This document shows, in pieces, positions 25,578-38,287 of a stretch of DNA of 64,000 nt (the stretch's first letter is position 1; every line of letters starts with the position of its first letter). The translations under genes and the position numbers were made by a program. The DNA is from Utricularia gibba (taxonomy: Eukaryota; Plantae; Magnoliophyta). Below the pieces are notes generated by a model that saw only the letters and a list, made by a program, of their open reading frames with translations, did not search any database and was not told the DNA's origin. The stretch is from contig NEEC01000019.1 of assembly GCA_002189035.1 (NCBI GenBank), positions 868,001 to 932,000 on the forward strand, written 5' to 3'.

Positions 25578-27024
25578 TTAGGAATCCTCAAGAGGGCAGG
25601 AGCCGTCATCGAAGGTGGCTAGCGGATTGTACATCGGTGAACTTGGATCAGTGCATCCTGGAACCAGGTCGAGGCTGCAGCGATCGCCCTGCATTCCAAT
25701 GAAGGGAGCCATAACTAAGTCCATGGATGGTCCCCAATCGACTGTTCGAAAGATTCCCATAGTGACATATTCTTACTCACCCCTTCTAGTGACAAGTTTC
25801 CCATGATTGTGCATCTGTCAACTACAACTTCGGTATCTGGGAATATGGCTCCTTCACAAGCACCCTCTTCGCTCAGCTCCGCTGCTAGACCCTGTGAGAC
25901 AGGAGCATTCAAACAAACTGTATCATGCCAGCAGGAGTTCATTCTTCCCTTACTACATATCTGCTGGTTCTTTGAAGCATATAATGTTGGGATGGAAATG
26001 GATAATGCAGAAGAAATGCAAAGACCAAGCTGATAATAGTCTCACCTCTACGAAGAACGAAGGTGGTTTGTTTCGCCAAGCATTCGGCACTTGAAGCTGG
26101 AGTCGATAAGGGCCATCCCATTCAGTGCCGTTGGTGAATGAGAATAGCAAACTCAAAGCTGGAATTCATTGCCCAATGCCATCATCAAATTTTTTTTAAA
26201 AAACTGTGTAATCTTCAAGCGAACAAGCCTAGATGAGACAATAGTATTACTGTACCATGTTTCGGGATGCATATCTGGATTGTGTAAATGGGAGGATCAG
26301 CTATGCCTCTCACTTTCTGAAGCATAGCCCTTGGTTGGCCTCCACACATAATAGGCTGATTGAATCCTCCTGTCACTAAAAACCTTGAGAATCGGAACAC
26401 AACAAGTTTTTTATTGTCAACAAATTGCAGGTACCATTGAATGCTATTCCATAATCTTCATTAGGAACAAGGTTCTTAGCGGCTGGATTGTAGAAAAGCT
26501 TCAGTCTTTCTCCCTTGCAGAGTTGGTGTACCATGAATCAGACAGAGATTCCATTCATTTACAGGAGTATTTTTTTTCCATTAAAAGATGCTTGCTTACA
26601 GAGGTAGGAGGAAGCCCGTTCGTAGTTTTCCAATACACTGGAGCTCGTCCGAGTTCAAATTCAGCCCATTTCGGAAGTTTGCATCTGAAACAAAAACAAA
26701 AAGCCTCCAATAAAAGTTCAAACATAAAAAGAGAAACAGAGGACTCACTCTTGTACTTCCTCCACAGCAGGCGCAGGCGCTGAAACAGCAGCGATCACTA
26801 TACCATTGATTTTTCCTGGTTTTATTTTGCTAGGAAAGTTTCTCCTCAAGGGAGAACCCAAAAAGCCGACCCCTGTAGTTCAATTAGCAGAATCAGAAAG
26901 CTTGGGAAAGATTGTTCTTGATGAAGAAATGGGTATTACCAGGGGCAAGGATTCTGGTTGGAGCAGATGAGATTTGCTTCACGTGAGTGAGAAGAGAAGA
27001 ACTTGTGGCTGTTGCTGCAGCCAT
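25578..27024 (-). CDS. PIFI: POST-ILLUMINATION CHLOROPHYLL FLUORESCENCE INCREASE protein, chloroplastic; 8 exons
   Basis: Transit peptide, then [61 protein letters not shown] and [32 protein letters not shown]. The exons join in frame. Confidence 0.92.
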
Positions 27025-27180
27025 CTTTGTGAGGGAGCAAGGAGGATTGAATGTTACTGAGATATTTAAAGACAATCTTTTCAAATATCTAAAATATCCT
27101 CACTCTGTTCATTTTCTTCATTTTTTGGTCATGACTATAACAAAAACTGAAGGGAGCGAGGGTACTTTAGACATTTATAA

Positions 27181-27300
27181 AGATTGACAATAAATATCTT
27201 AATAACATCCAATCTTCCCTCCCTCATGGCTGCAGCAACATCCACAAGTTCTTCTCTTCTCACTCCCTAGAAGCAAATCTCATCTGCTACTACAAGAACA
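27181..27300 (+). repeat. Inverted duplicate of the PIFI 5'UTR and exon 1 (pairs with about 26950-27078)
   Basis: ATGGCTGCAGCAACATCCACAAGTTCTTCTCTTCTCACTCCCTAGAAGCAAATCTCATCTGCT from 27226 matches the PIFI start on the minus strand at 59 of 63 positions. The flanking 5'UTR also aligns. The copy carries an in-frame TAG. Confidence 0.92.
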
Positions 27301-27719
27301 GAATGAAATTCCTCTGAAAGATGTAGAGTGTCCAAGAGCTCCTCCATTCTCTGTTGTTCTTTCAGTTAGGCCTGAAAGTGAAATTGAGAATTCTTGGTGG
27401 CAAAAGGATTGAATTGACTGAATGCGTCGCTGCCGGAGTTCCATTTATAACACAGTTCTTGTTCGAAGTTCCTGAGACAAAAACATGGTCTTGATAAGCG
27501 ATGTTTGGAAGTTACTGTCTGGTTAATGCAACACAAGCAAAGTATACCTTAGAGCATAATTCCGTTCATGAATGAATGAAGACTTCACAGCTCAACGAAC
27601 AACTGAAACCAACATTGAGAAAATGCACAGTGTACACTCATGTACAGAATCCATGCCAAAGGAAGCAAATGTTTACGAATCTCCAACGCAATGCAAAGAG
27701 CCAGAGGCCCAGAGAGCTT

Positions 27720-27739
27720 CACACACACACACACACACA
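27720..27739. repeat. (CA)10 microsatellite
   Basis: Perfect CA dinucleotide run. Confidence 0.85.
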
Positions 27740-28545
27740 TATAGTAATATTACACTGGACCACCGTTTTACTCAGGCCTGAAACTCACCAGAGAATAGAG
27801 ACAAGTGGTGCGGTGCTACTTTATGGTGTTGGCGGTCACCTTGCATGATTCCACTGTAGGAGATTTCACGTCCTTGAGGCAGATGCAATAAACCAGCGCA
27901 TGTTACAGGGGGGTGAAGTAGTCCTGTGCTTCCATAGAACTTGACATTATGCAGAGAGAGTTGAACGCCATTATGGCAATGGGATGCATACATGTGACTC
28001 GAAGTATACCTGAAATGGATCTAAGATATCTGTCAAGCGGCTGTTATGAGATAGGATTCAGGAGTGTCAGGTCAGGGATGCAAGACTGAGAATTACTTTA
28101 CATCGAAAATTCCTAACAAACAAAGCGAGAACATATTGGACAAAAACATGTCCAGGATTTACCTCACCGCAAATGGGTGTAATCCAGATGCATCAGTCAA
28201 ATCAAATCTGCAAATGAAGATCAGAGGGAAGTGTACATGTAGCATAGCAACATAGTTTACCTGCAAGAGCAGTGAAGTCAAGCATCTGAACTGAGGGTCT
28301 TGAGAAATGATACAGAATTCAAAGTCTCCAGATTAGTTTTACAGTCTAAATTCAGCATTTATATTTATCGATATACCGTTCTAGAATTTAATCTACTTTC
28401 GATCCATTTGCCAATCCAACCATCAATATTCACACCCCTATGTGAAATCAGACATTCAGAATCAATGTCCTCGTAGTAGTTTTTACAAGATGGGAATAAG
28501 AAAGAAGAGATAAGTTGAAAAGAACTCGAAGAAAAAGTGTGAAAC

Positions 28546-31500
28546 TCAGAAGTGAATCTTGAAGAGTAGGCCGCCATGAGTGGCAAAAAAAGGAGCAAAA
28601 ACGAGTGATTCAACAGCCATGAGCTTGATGAGGATGTTGAGTGAAGGGCCTGACGTGTCTTTCAGAGGGTCCCCAATTGTGTCCCCAATCACAGCTGCCT
28701 TGTGCGGATCCGATCCCTTTGGCCCAAGGCTTCGAGCGTGCTCTGATGCACCAGCCTACAACAAAGAGCAAGTAGTATCGCAGCAAATCCAGGCATCCAA
28801 TCATGCTCTGATACATAGTGTATGCCATCAATATTTGAGTTAGCAGCTTTACCTCAATGTACTTCTTTGCATTGTCCCATGCACCGCCGGTGTTGGAAGC
28901 AGAGATGGCAATCTGTGGGGAAAAGGCAGGACACATGAGGAGGACAAGAGTTAAATCTGGATACAGCAGAAAAGAAGCATGATTTGCAGACCTGAACTCC
29001 GGAGACAAGTGCTCCAGCGAGAACTCCAGAAAGGGTCTCAACACCGAAGAAGATGCCAACAATCAAAGGGGTAAGCATGACAAGGGCCCCTGGTGGAATC
29101 ATCTCCTTAATAGATGCATCAGTAGAAATCTTGACGCATGTTGCATAGTCAGGCTTGGCAGTGCCATCCATGAGTCCAGGGATGGTGTTGAACTGTCGGC
29201 GGACTTCCTCCACCATCTTAAGTGCGGCGCTCCCCACGCTCTTCATGGTCATGGCAGAGAACCAGTAGGGAAGCATGGCACCAACGATTAGGCCGATGAA
29301 AACCTTGGGGTCAGCACGTCGACCTTGGAAATCGATGCACGACTCACAAAGGCACCAAAAAGTGCTAGTGAAACAAGTGCAGCTGATCCAATGGCAAAGC
29401 CCTTTACACAATAAAATGCATTGTGAATGACATAGGGAAAAGGATTCGTTGTCGCAATAGAGAAGGTAAAATACAGAAAACAGGTACCTTTCCAATTGCA
29501 GCAGTAGTGTTCCCAGCAGCATCAAGTGCGTCAGTTCTCTCGCGGATCCTGTGGGGCATTCCAGCCATCTCAGCAATACCCCCAGCATTGTCACTGATAG
29601 GACCATAAGCATCTATAGCTAAGCCTGTTGCGATGGTGCTCAACATCCCCAGGGCAGCAACAGCAATACCATACATGGCAGCTAAAGAGAAGCTAACGAA
29701 AATGCTAACAGCAATTGCAAATATTGGAATAATGACGGATTTATATCCTAAGGCGAGGCCAAATATGACATTGGTAGCAGCACCAGTTCTGCAGGAATCA
29801 GCCACATCTTGCACGGGGCTAGAGAAAGAAAGCCACCCACCAGAGATTAGTGTTGAATGAAACCAAATAAAAGAGAGTAAAATGCGCATACATATATCAT
29901 GTGCACCTGTAAGCATTACTGGTATAATACTCTGTTACAAAGCCAATTATGAGTCCAGACCAAAGTCCAACGCAGACGCAGAAAGCAAGGTGCCTAAATC
30001 CATTGAAAACGGAGAGCTAATGAGATAAGAGTTCTAATACCAAGTTCTCAACTTGATCACTAAACGGATACCTACCAATTCTTGACAACCTTTTGAGCAC
30101 CAAAATTGAAAATAGTGAAGGAAGATGGCAGGCAAGTGAACGTGACAATGAAAATTCCGATTGTCATAAGAACAGTGGAGATAACCAGCTGCATCTTTAG
30201 GGCTGGTTCGATTTCTTTGACAGCCTTGATCTCAAAAAAATCAGTAGCGAAAAGGGTGGTGATTAAACAAACGAGGATTCCCATGGAACTAATGAGTAAG
30301 GGATAACACATAGCAGTGAGGTCATGATTCAAGCCAAAGGAGGATATGGAAGCTACAACAAGTGCTGCGCAGGATGATTCAGCATATGATCCAAAAAGAT
30401 CTGACCCCATTCCAGCAATGTCTCCAACGTTGTCACCAACATTGTCAGCAATCACCTGTAAACATAAAGATTATGAACGAATCTAATTCCGTTTAGAGAG
30501 TTTTAAAAGGTGAGTTCATTAGCGTACAGCAGGGTTTCTAGGGTCATCTTCAGGGATGTTCCTTTCAACCTTCCCGACAAGATCCGCACCAACATCAGCA
30601 GCTTTGGTGTAAATACCGCCTCCAACTCTTCCAAACAAAGCCATAGAAGACCCACCAAGACCATAGCCTGTAATCGCCTCAAATAAGCCTTCCCAATCAT
30701 CTCCATAATAGCTCTTGAACAGATTGATGGCTATGTAGAGAACCAAAAGGCCATTTGCAGCAAGAAGAAAGCCCATGACTGCACCCGACCTAAACGCAGT
30801 GATAAAAGCTTTCCCAACGCTTTTTCTAGCTTCTAGTGTTGTCCTAGCATTGGCATATGTCGCAATTTTCATTCCCAGGAAACCAGAGACGACAGAAGTG
30901 AAAGCTCCAAGCAAGAAAGATAGAGTGCTGAAGACTGCAGTGGCAAGAGCAGGTTTGCACAGCTTTTCCTTGTCGTAAGTGCAAGGTTGGTCCTTTGTGC
31001 TGAACCCGTTCACTGAGCCCAGGAAAACGAATATGAGGGCAGCGAATATAACCATGAAACCCCCCACATATTGGTACTCGGTATACAGAAATGATGTGGC
31101 ACCTGTAAACCAAAATCCATGAAGCAAACAATGAATCGTTGCATCAGCAAAATAAGCAAAGATATAAACTAGTCCATATTGCCCATTACACGGTTGGACA
31201 GAAAACGAGACATAAAACGATACAAAGATGATGACAGGGGCAGCTTCTTCCTGATTGTACAGGAACAAGTTCCAAGCAGAGAAGATAAAAACAAGCAATC
31301 CACCCACAACAAAGTCACCAAGAAAAGCATCGTAACTGCAAAATGAAAGCGACCCCTGTGAGTGATGAAGGCAGGCAAACAAAATGACCCTGCCTTGTGG
31401 AACTGTCTCACTCACGTAGTTTTACACAATTACACAAATCCAAACGCAGCCTGTTTTAATGACAGTAAACAATAATAATAATAACGAAAGTAAAGAGTGC

Positions 31501-32091
31501 AGAAAACAAGCGCAAAATTCAAGGGTGTCAGGGGCAGAAGAATATGAAAACGGCGTCCCTTAGTTCTCCTTTACCGTTTCTCCAAAAAAAAACTGAACAT
31601 TGACACCTTTCTTATACCTCAGACACGAGCCAACAAAACAAAAAACTTCCCTGTTTGTAAAGCTTTAGCTTGTTATAGCTATCGCCTTCGACATGTCAAA
31701 TAGCAACATAAAAAAACCCCCAAAGGAAAACTCAATCCGGGCACCTAAAACGAAACCAGACACTTAAACAGAAACGGGGTCCCAGTCACGCAAAGAAAAA
31801 AATATCAGATCTCCGGTAAACGAAGCAAAATGAAGATTAATGACCCTCAGAGATAGCACTCTGAATCTCCGCACACTTCGCGACAACATTTTCGCCATTA
31901 TCACCATCCTCCTCGTCAATAAGGTACTCGGTGTAAGCATTCTTCCCGTTGTTGGCCACCGACGCACCACCGCGGTCCGATGTGACCTTAACTTTGGAAA
32001 CTATAACCCACTGCACAAGCGAAAAGATTATGCCGATCACCGCACACAATGGGATCAAGATCTCGGTTCCAATATCTGGCACCAACCCCAT
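28546..32091 (-). CDS. AVP1: Type I (K+-stimulated) vacuolar H+-translocating pyrophosphatase; apparent -1 frameshift at GGGG 29307-29310
   Basis: Contains [40 protein letters not shown] (the Ala form linked to K+ dependence) and [16 protein letters not shown]. The frame breaks at VDVLT/PKVFIG. Confidence 0.95.
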
Positions 32092-33942
32092 TATCACCAG
32101 ACAGAAGAAGGAGAAGACGAAGAAGAAGCCGCGTGTTTTCCGGGTGGTGAGACACAGAGAGCAAGCAAAATGCGTGCGGGTAAGAGCCACCGGCGCGCGC
32201 CCATTTATAGCATGAAGTGCGATTGCGAAGTAGTGGAGGAAAAATAGCATGCGGTGATGTCCACCGAATTAGGCATGGACTTAAAACCATTTCAAAATAT
32301 TTTCTTAAAAAAGGGTGAAAAAAAAAGGTGTGAAGGAATCTTCCATAGAATAACAATAATGGAAAAATATCATTGCCTATACTTCCCTTGTATTATGATC
32401 CATATCACCACATTTGCTATGTTATATTACCAAATATTGTTTGATATTATCCGTTTTGAATTACATTAGCATGTAACCAATGATTCCTCACTATTTTGAT
32501 GGATGCCCTTGTGATTCCATTTGCTTTATTTCAAAATCACCAAGAAGCTTTGATCATCTTTATTCCCTCACCATGGAATCCCTAGATAAGATTGAATCCA
32601 CCACTAGTAAGAGATAGATGAGTAAGAGATGTATGGATGACATATGAAACATGATTGTTTTTTTTTTTTTTCACTTTTTTTATTTTAGTAATATATCATA
32701 AAATCAATTTAAGTATAATTGACATAACATTTTAATTTATTTAAGATTATATGTGAATATGATAAATTTACATAAAAACGAAAGATTTGGTAAAAATTTT
32801 AATTTTTTATCAAATTAATCAATAGAAAAGTGTTATATTGAATTAGAATAAACAAAAAATGTCTCTACATATTTTCTAAATAAATTTTTAACATAGTTTG
32901 TGCTCAGCTTTCATTTGAAACCTAAAAGTAAAAGTTAATTTTTAATTATACGTTAAAAAATCAAGAAACTTTTTATGGGAATTTGAAAATACACCACCAA
33001 GTTATTAAAAAAAGAGATGATTGGTGGAAAACTTTTTTGGAGTAAAGAGGATTATCAAAAATTATTTAAAAAATAAGTTTAAATTTGAATTGTATATTAA
33101 ATATTCAAAATATAGAATGTGCTTTGGTCATAGAAAAATATTTAATAAGTAATTTAGTTATTAAATATAAGTTAAGAAAAAAAATTAAAAAAAATCTTCT
33201 ATGTTTTTTTAAAAAATTGTTTGTATAGAAGCAAAGCCAACGATGATCTTAACTAAACCTGATAATTATTATCTTATTTAATACAAATTAACTTTGTATT
33301 TAACATCCTACCACTTTAGTGACACTTGAGCTTGAATTTGAGAACTGGTCTGCACACGAAACATTTATGCGTCATCTTCCTGATTGGTTGAAATCTCGGT
33401 GTCGGAGTTGGCTTAGAGCCACCTAAACAGGAGTGTGATGCATTTGTTAATTGATTATTCATGAAGTGGTTATTACATGTCTGGGGATGATAATCATTTC
33501 CATGTTAGAAGTGGGTAGGGGTTGACAAGCGTCAAATCTCTGGGAAATCAAGAAATCACTCCCAAAAGTTTGGTGGCTTTTATCGGACGCAGGGAATGTT
33601 AAAATCGATCAAGCTCGAGTAGGTTGGAAAAGGTGGCCCAATCATCTTCGATCATATATGGGCCTTTGATTTTTCAAACTCGCCCTGCTCAGGTTGTACG
33701 AGCACTGTACAGATTGTTTTGTGGTAATGCATTTCCTACATTCCTAAAAAAGTGTCTTCATCAAATGGGAGTTGGGTGAGCGATTCGTGGGAGCACCCCT
33801 ATTGTCAAATGTAGAGTCCCTTTACATTAAAAAAATTTTTTTTCTTTGGATTATCCATTTTGGTGTTCCGTGCCGTGAAGTTCGGCCGAGTTTAAGTATA
33901 TATAGATGGTTGGTTTCAGATTTCAGGAACCCTGAATCTGAA

Positions 33943-35882
33943 ATGGGGAATGAAGATGTGTTTGTGGCGTCGATTGATCAGGGAACAACCAGCACAAGGT
34001 TCATCATCTATGACCGCTCAGCTAACCCAATCGGGTCCCATCAAGTAGAATTCACTCAATTCTATCCACAGTCGGGGTATTGATGCTTTCATATTTTGTG
34101 GATACTGTCTCTTTCGTCGTATTTGATCACTGGGTGCTGTTTCCTTTTATTAATCTTTGTGAAAAAGCTCATCTTTTTACAAGGTTACTGCGATCGCTGA
34201 TGCGTTTCACTTGCGCATTTCTGGTTTTGATACGTGTATTCGATTTTTTGATTGATGTGATACATAGATGGGTTGAGCATGATCCAATGGAGATTCTCGA
34301 GAGTGTGAAATTATGCATTGCCAAGGCTATCGATAAGGCGACTGCAGAAGGGTACAATGTTGATAGTGGATTGAAATCTATTGGGATAACCAACCAGAGA
34401 GAAACCACTGTTATTTGGAGCAAATCCACTGGCTCCCCTCTTTACAATGCCATCGTTTGGATGGATGCTCGTACAAGCTCTATTTGCAGGTTAAAACATC
34501 TTTTGCAGTTCCATAAACCTTTTGATATGATTGCTATTGGTGCCATGCATTCTTTATTTGTTCCTTTGTTCTTCATTTGTTGATTGTTGGCATTGCATAG
34601 GAAACTTGAGAAAGAGCTACCAGGAGGGAGGACTCATTTTGTTGAGTCATGTGGTTTGCCGATCAGCACTTACTTCAGTGCTATGAAAGTGATTTGGTTG
34701 CTGGAAAACGTGGAGTCTGTGAAACAAGCTGTGGAGAAAGGAGATGCAATGTTTGGAACCATAGATACATGGCTGATTTGGAACATGACCGGGGAAAAGA
34801 TAACGGAATACATGTTACTGATGTGTCGAATGCTTCAAGAACAATGCTGATGAACCTCAAAACGCTCAACTGGGATAAAGCAACACTTAACACTCTTGGA
34901 ATTCCTGAAAACATTCTGCCCAAAATCGTTAGCAATGCTGAGATAATCGGGAACATCACCAAAGGTTGGCCAGTTACTGGAATTCCCATTGCAGGGTGTC
35001 TTGGTGATCAGCATGCTGCAATGTTAGGCCAATCTTGCGGCAAAGGTGAAGCTAAGAGCACATACGGGACTGGAGCATTCATTCTTCTCAACACAGGTGC
35101 AGAGATAATAAAATCGAATCATGGACTTCTGAGTACTTTGGCATACAAGCTTGGGCCAAATGCTCCTACAAACTATGCTCTCGAGGGTTCCATTGCTATA
35201 GCTGGTGCAGCGGTTCAGTGGCTCCGTGACAGCCTTGGCATAATCAATACAGCCAGTGAGATTGAGGAGTTGGCACTGAAGGTTGAAACCTCCGGCGGAG
35301 TATACTTTGTCCCAGCATTCAATGGATTGTTTGCACCATGGTGGCGGGAGGATGCTCGTGGAGTTTGCATTGGTATCACAAGATTCACGAACAAATCCCA
35401 CATTGCCCGAGCTGTGCTCGAGAGCATTTGCTTTCAAGTCAAGGATGTACTAGAATCAATGCACAAGGATGCAGGGGAGAAAGGGGAGGCCAAAAACGAA
35501 AAGGGCGAATTTGTGCTAAGAGTCGATGGAGGTGCTACAGTCAACAACCTTCTAATGCAAATTCAGGTAAAGACTGCTCCTTTTTCAATGTGGTCATCAA
35601 TTTCTGCTTTATGATAGCACAATCTTTCCCCATGATTAGGCTGACTTGCTGGGCAGCCCTGTGGTGAGACCGCCTGACATCGAAACAACGGCTCTGGGAG
35701 CTGCGTACGCTGCTGGATTAGCAGTCGGAGTATGGTCTGAAAACGAGATATTTTCTTCAGGGAAGGAGAAGAAACTCACCACCTTTAAACCACTGATTGA
35801 CGAAGCTTTGAGGAAGCAGAAGGAGGATTCATGGTGCAAAGCAATTTCAAGGACTTTCGATTTGGCTGATCTATCTCTTTGA
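33943..35882 (+). CDS. GLI1: Glycerol kinase (NHO1/GLI1-type), 4 exons; apparent -1 frameshift at GGGG 34791-34794
   Basis: Contains [51 protein letters not shown] and RVDGGAT. The frame breaks between WNMTG and [10 protein letters not shown]. Confidence 0.93.
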
Positions 35883-36111
35883 TATGCATTCAAACTCTTC
35901 TGGTTTGCTTCAATTCAGTTGTTGAATAAGTTACAGGAGGAAATGTCTCGTATTCTCTATTGATTATACAAATATCACCATCGGTAAATAAAGAAAAGTT
36001 GCATATAAATCTCCGTTTCCGATCCCACTGGAAGCAACTGCTGTCCGTCAAGTCCGAGCAATTCAACGCTGTAACACAACACCTGGGCAAGTTTTTCCGA
36101 CAGCTACGGCG

Positions 36112-38287
36112 ATGGATTTCCACGGAATTGATTATTCGCTCTTCGATTACTCTGGTCTCATTCCAGATCCTGAATCCATGATCATCGATAGAAGGTACTG
36201 GGAAGAGGAGGAGAGGGATCTTCTGAGGCTCTCAGATTCACTCTTGAAAAGCACTAAGATGAGGAGCAGCAGTCCGCCCACGTCTCGTCACGATGGGACC
36301 TCACCTCTGCCTCTCGGAATGGATTGTAGCCCCCCTCCTCGTTGTTGGGTATTTTTGCGAAAGAACTCTTTTTTCCTTGGATTTTCTGGTTTGTTCGACT
36401 CTAGCATTTTATGGGTAGAAAACACTTGATTTGATGTTATTGAGAAATGATTCTCCAAAAGTGACTTGCAATCTCTTCAGGGTTTATACATATTTCTGCA
36501 CCGTTGTATATCTTATTTATCATCTGCATTTTCCTCATTGTGGAGATCTCAAAAAGATAAGTTCTTCATAATACAGGATGGCCCGAACACCATTTGGCCT
36601 TATGATGATCGGGCAAAATGGAGGTATTGTGTTACTATTCCTTCTTGGAGCATCTTATTTGAACCAGGAAGCTCAAAACCTGTTGTGGTATGAATCATTG
36701 TTAATTTATGTTTTTTTCATGTACAGTAATCAGTCAAATCTGATGATTAAATCCAGTGATCTGTTCATCCAGTTTTACAGGGTTCAAGTTGGTTTGCAGT
36801 CTCCCCAAAAGATTACTACAACACGTGAGGTGCTTAGAAGATTCAGTCATTTCTTAAAGCTTTCATCTGAGGTCAGTGGTCTCTATTGCATCTGGACTCA
36901 GTTATTTCAACGAATCTTTTGTTGAATCTTGTCTTGATCACAGAGAGCGCACATTAGTACAGCTTGCTGCCTGGCTCTTTTGTTCAGCCTTGTCTATGAT
37001 ACTCTTCCTATTACATCCTTAATTTTTCCAAAGTTGTTAAATATCTTGTCTGGCCTTATTTTCAATAGAAATAGGTAGAAATCTATTGGACCGTGACATG
37101 TTTACTTGATATTGGCAGCTCAAGCAGACCTTTAGCCGTAAAATCTTGCCTCCCGCTCCTCCAAAGGATCGTCTGAGCATGAAAAATGGACCACATGTAG
37201 AAAAAGTTCGTTACTTTGGGATGCGTTTCATGAAATTTTGCTTTGACAATGAGGAAGTATTGGTTGGTTTTGTGGCATTTGTTGTTCTAACTTACACTGA
37301 TCCATCTCAGCGTAGGCGTGCTCTACAGGATTGGATGGCTGAGGTCCTTTCAGACATCGACATCTCAAGAAGCGCTGCTATAGCATGCTTCCTTGAGTTA
37401 GAGGCTGCCGCACGATTGTGTATTTCTCTGATTCCTTATAATGTGAAAAAAGTTCTCCATGTTCATATATGATGCACACTCTTTATGGTGTGATCCCATC
37501 TACGTAACACGTTGAAATCTTCATTTATCTCACTAGCAAATTCTCCACTTCCAGCATTTCAGGAGCACAGTGATGCTGAGCCTTCTGCAAATTTGGATAG
37601 TAGCACCGGGCATTCATCAGGTGCAGCGTCGAGCATCCTTGATGACAGTGTGCTTGCTGAGGCTTCAAACTCACATATAAATAATGATATTGCTTCTACC
37701 GATGTTTCTGGGATTGCATCACCAGCAACCCACTTGGCAGAGGAGCCTGTAACTGAAACATTTTATGAGAGTGATGGGAATGCCAGCGAACCAACGCCAC
37801 ATGGAGTGACTGATTTGGATGAGGCACATGCGGTTTCTTCACATTCTTTTTCTCTTGGGGATCGAGAAGCTCAGTCAAAGGAAGCAGTAAATGTTAGGGA
37901 GAATGAAGCAATGCAGCAGGAGTTGGGTTTTACGAGAAAGAAGCTTGAGAGTTTGCAGAAACGCCATGCGCAGGCAGCATTGAAATCTAAGGCAGACATA
38001 AAACTTCTCGTAAAAGAGATCAAAGCACTTAGAAGTTCTGAGATGGAGTTACAACAGCAGCTTAACACAGAAAGGGCTGAATTCGAGGTAAACTTGTCTT
38101 CCTTGTCATCTGGAATATTGACCTCCAAATAATATGCACTACTTCCATACAGAGAAGGTTAGCAGAGGAAAGGATGGAAAAGGAACGACTTTGTGCTGCC
38201 AATCTAAAGCTGCTTCAGGAATGTGAAAGTCTCCGTCTTCGGCTCGAAGGACGTACATCAACTGTAGACGATGCCCACCCCCAATAG
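36112..38287 (+). CDS. PX (phox) domain protein with coiled coil, EREX/EREL-like; 3' end uncertain
   Basis: Contains [80 protein letters not shown] and [17 protein letters not shown]. First in-frame stop TAG 38285-38287. Confidence 0.78.

Noticed and set aside
30519-32250. Long N-terminal extensions of V-PPase ORFs (starts 31415 and 32250)
   Set aside because: The first is intron sequence read in frame. The second starts upstream of the TATA-like ATTTATAG at about 32203-32210. The conserved start is 32091.
33943-35882. Bacterial glpK horizontal transfer
   Set aside because: The gene has spliceosomal introns and plant-specific insertions ([23 protein letters not shown]). It is the normal plant glycerol kinase.
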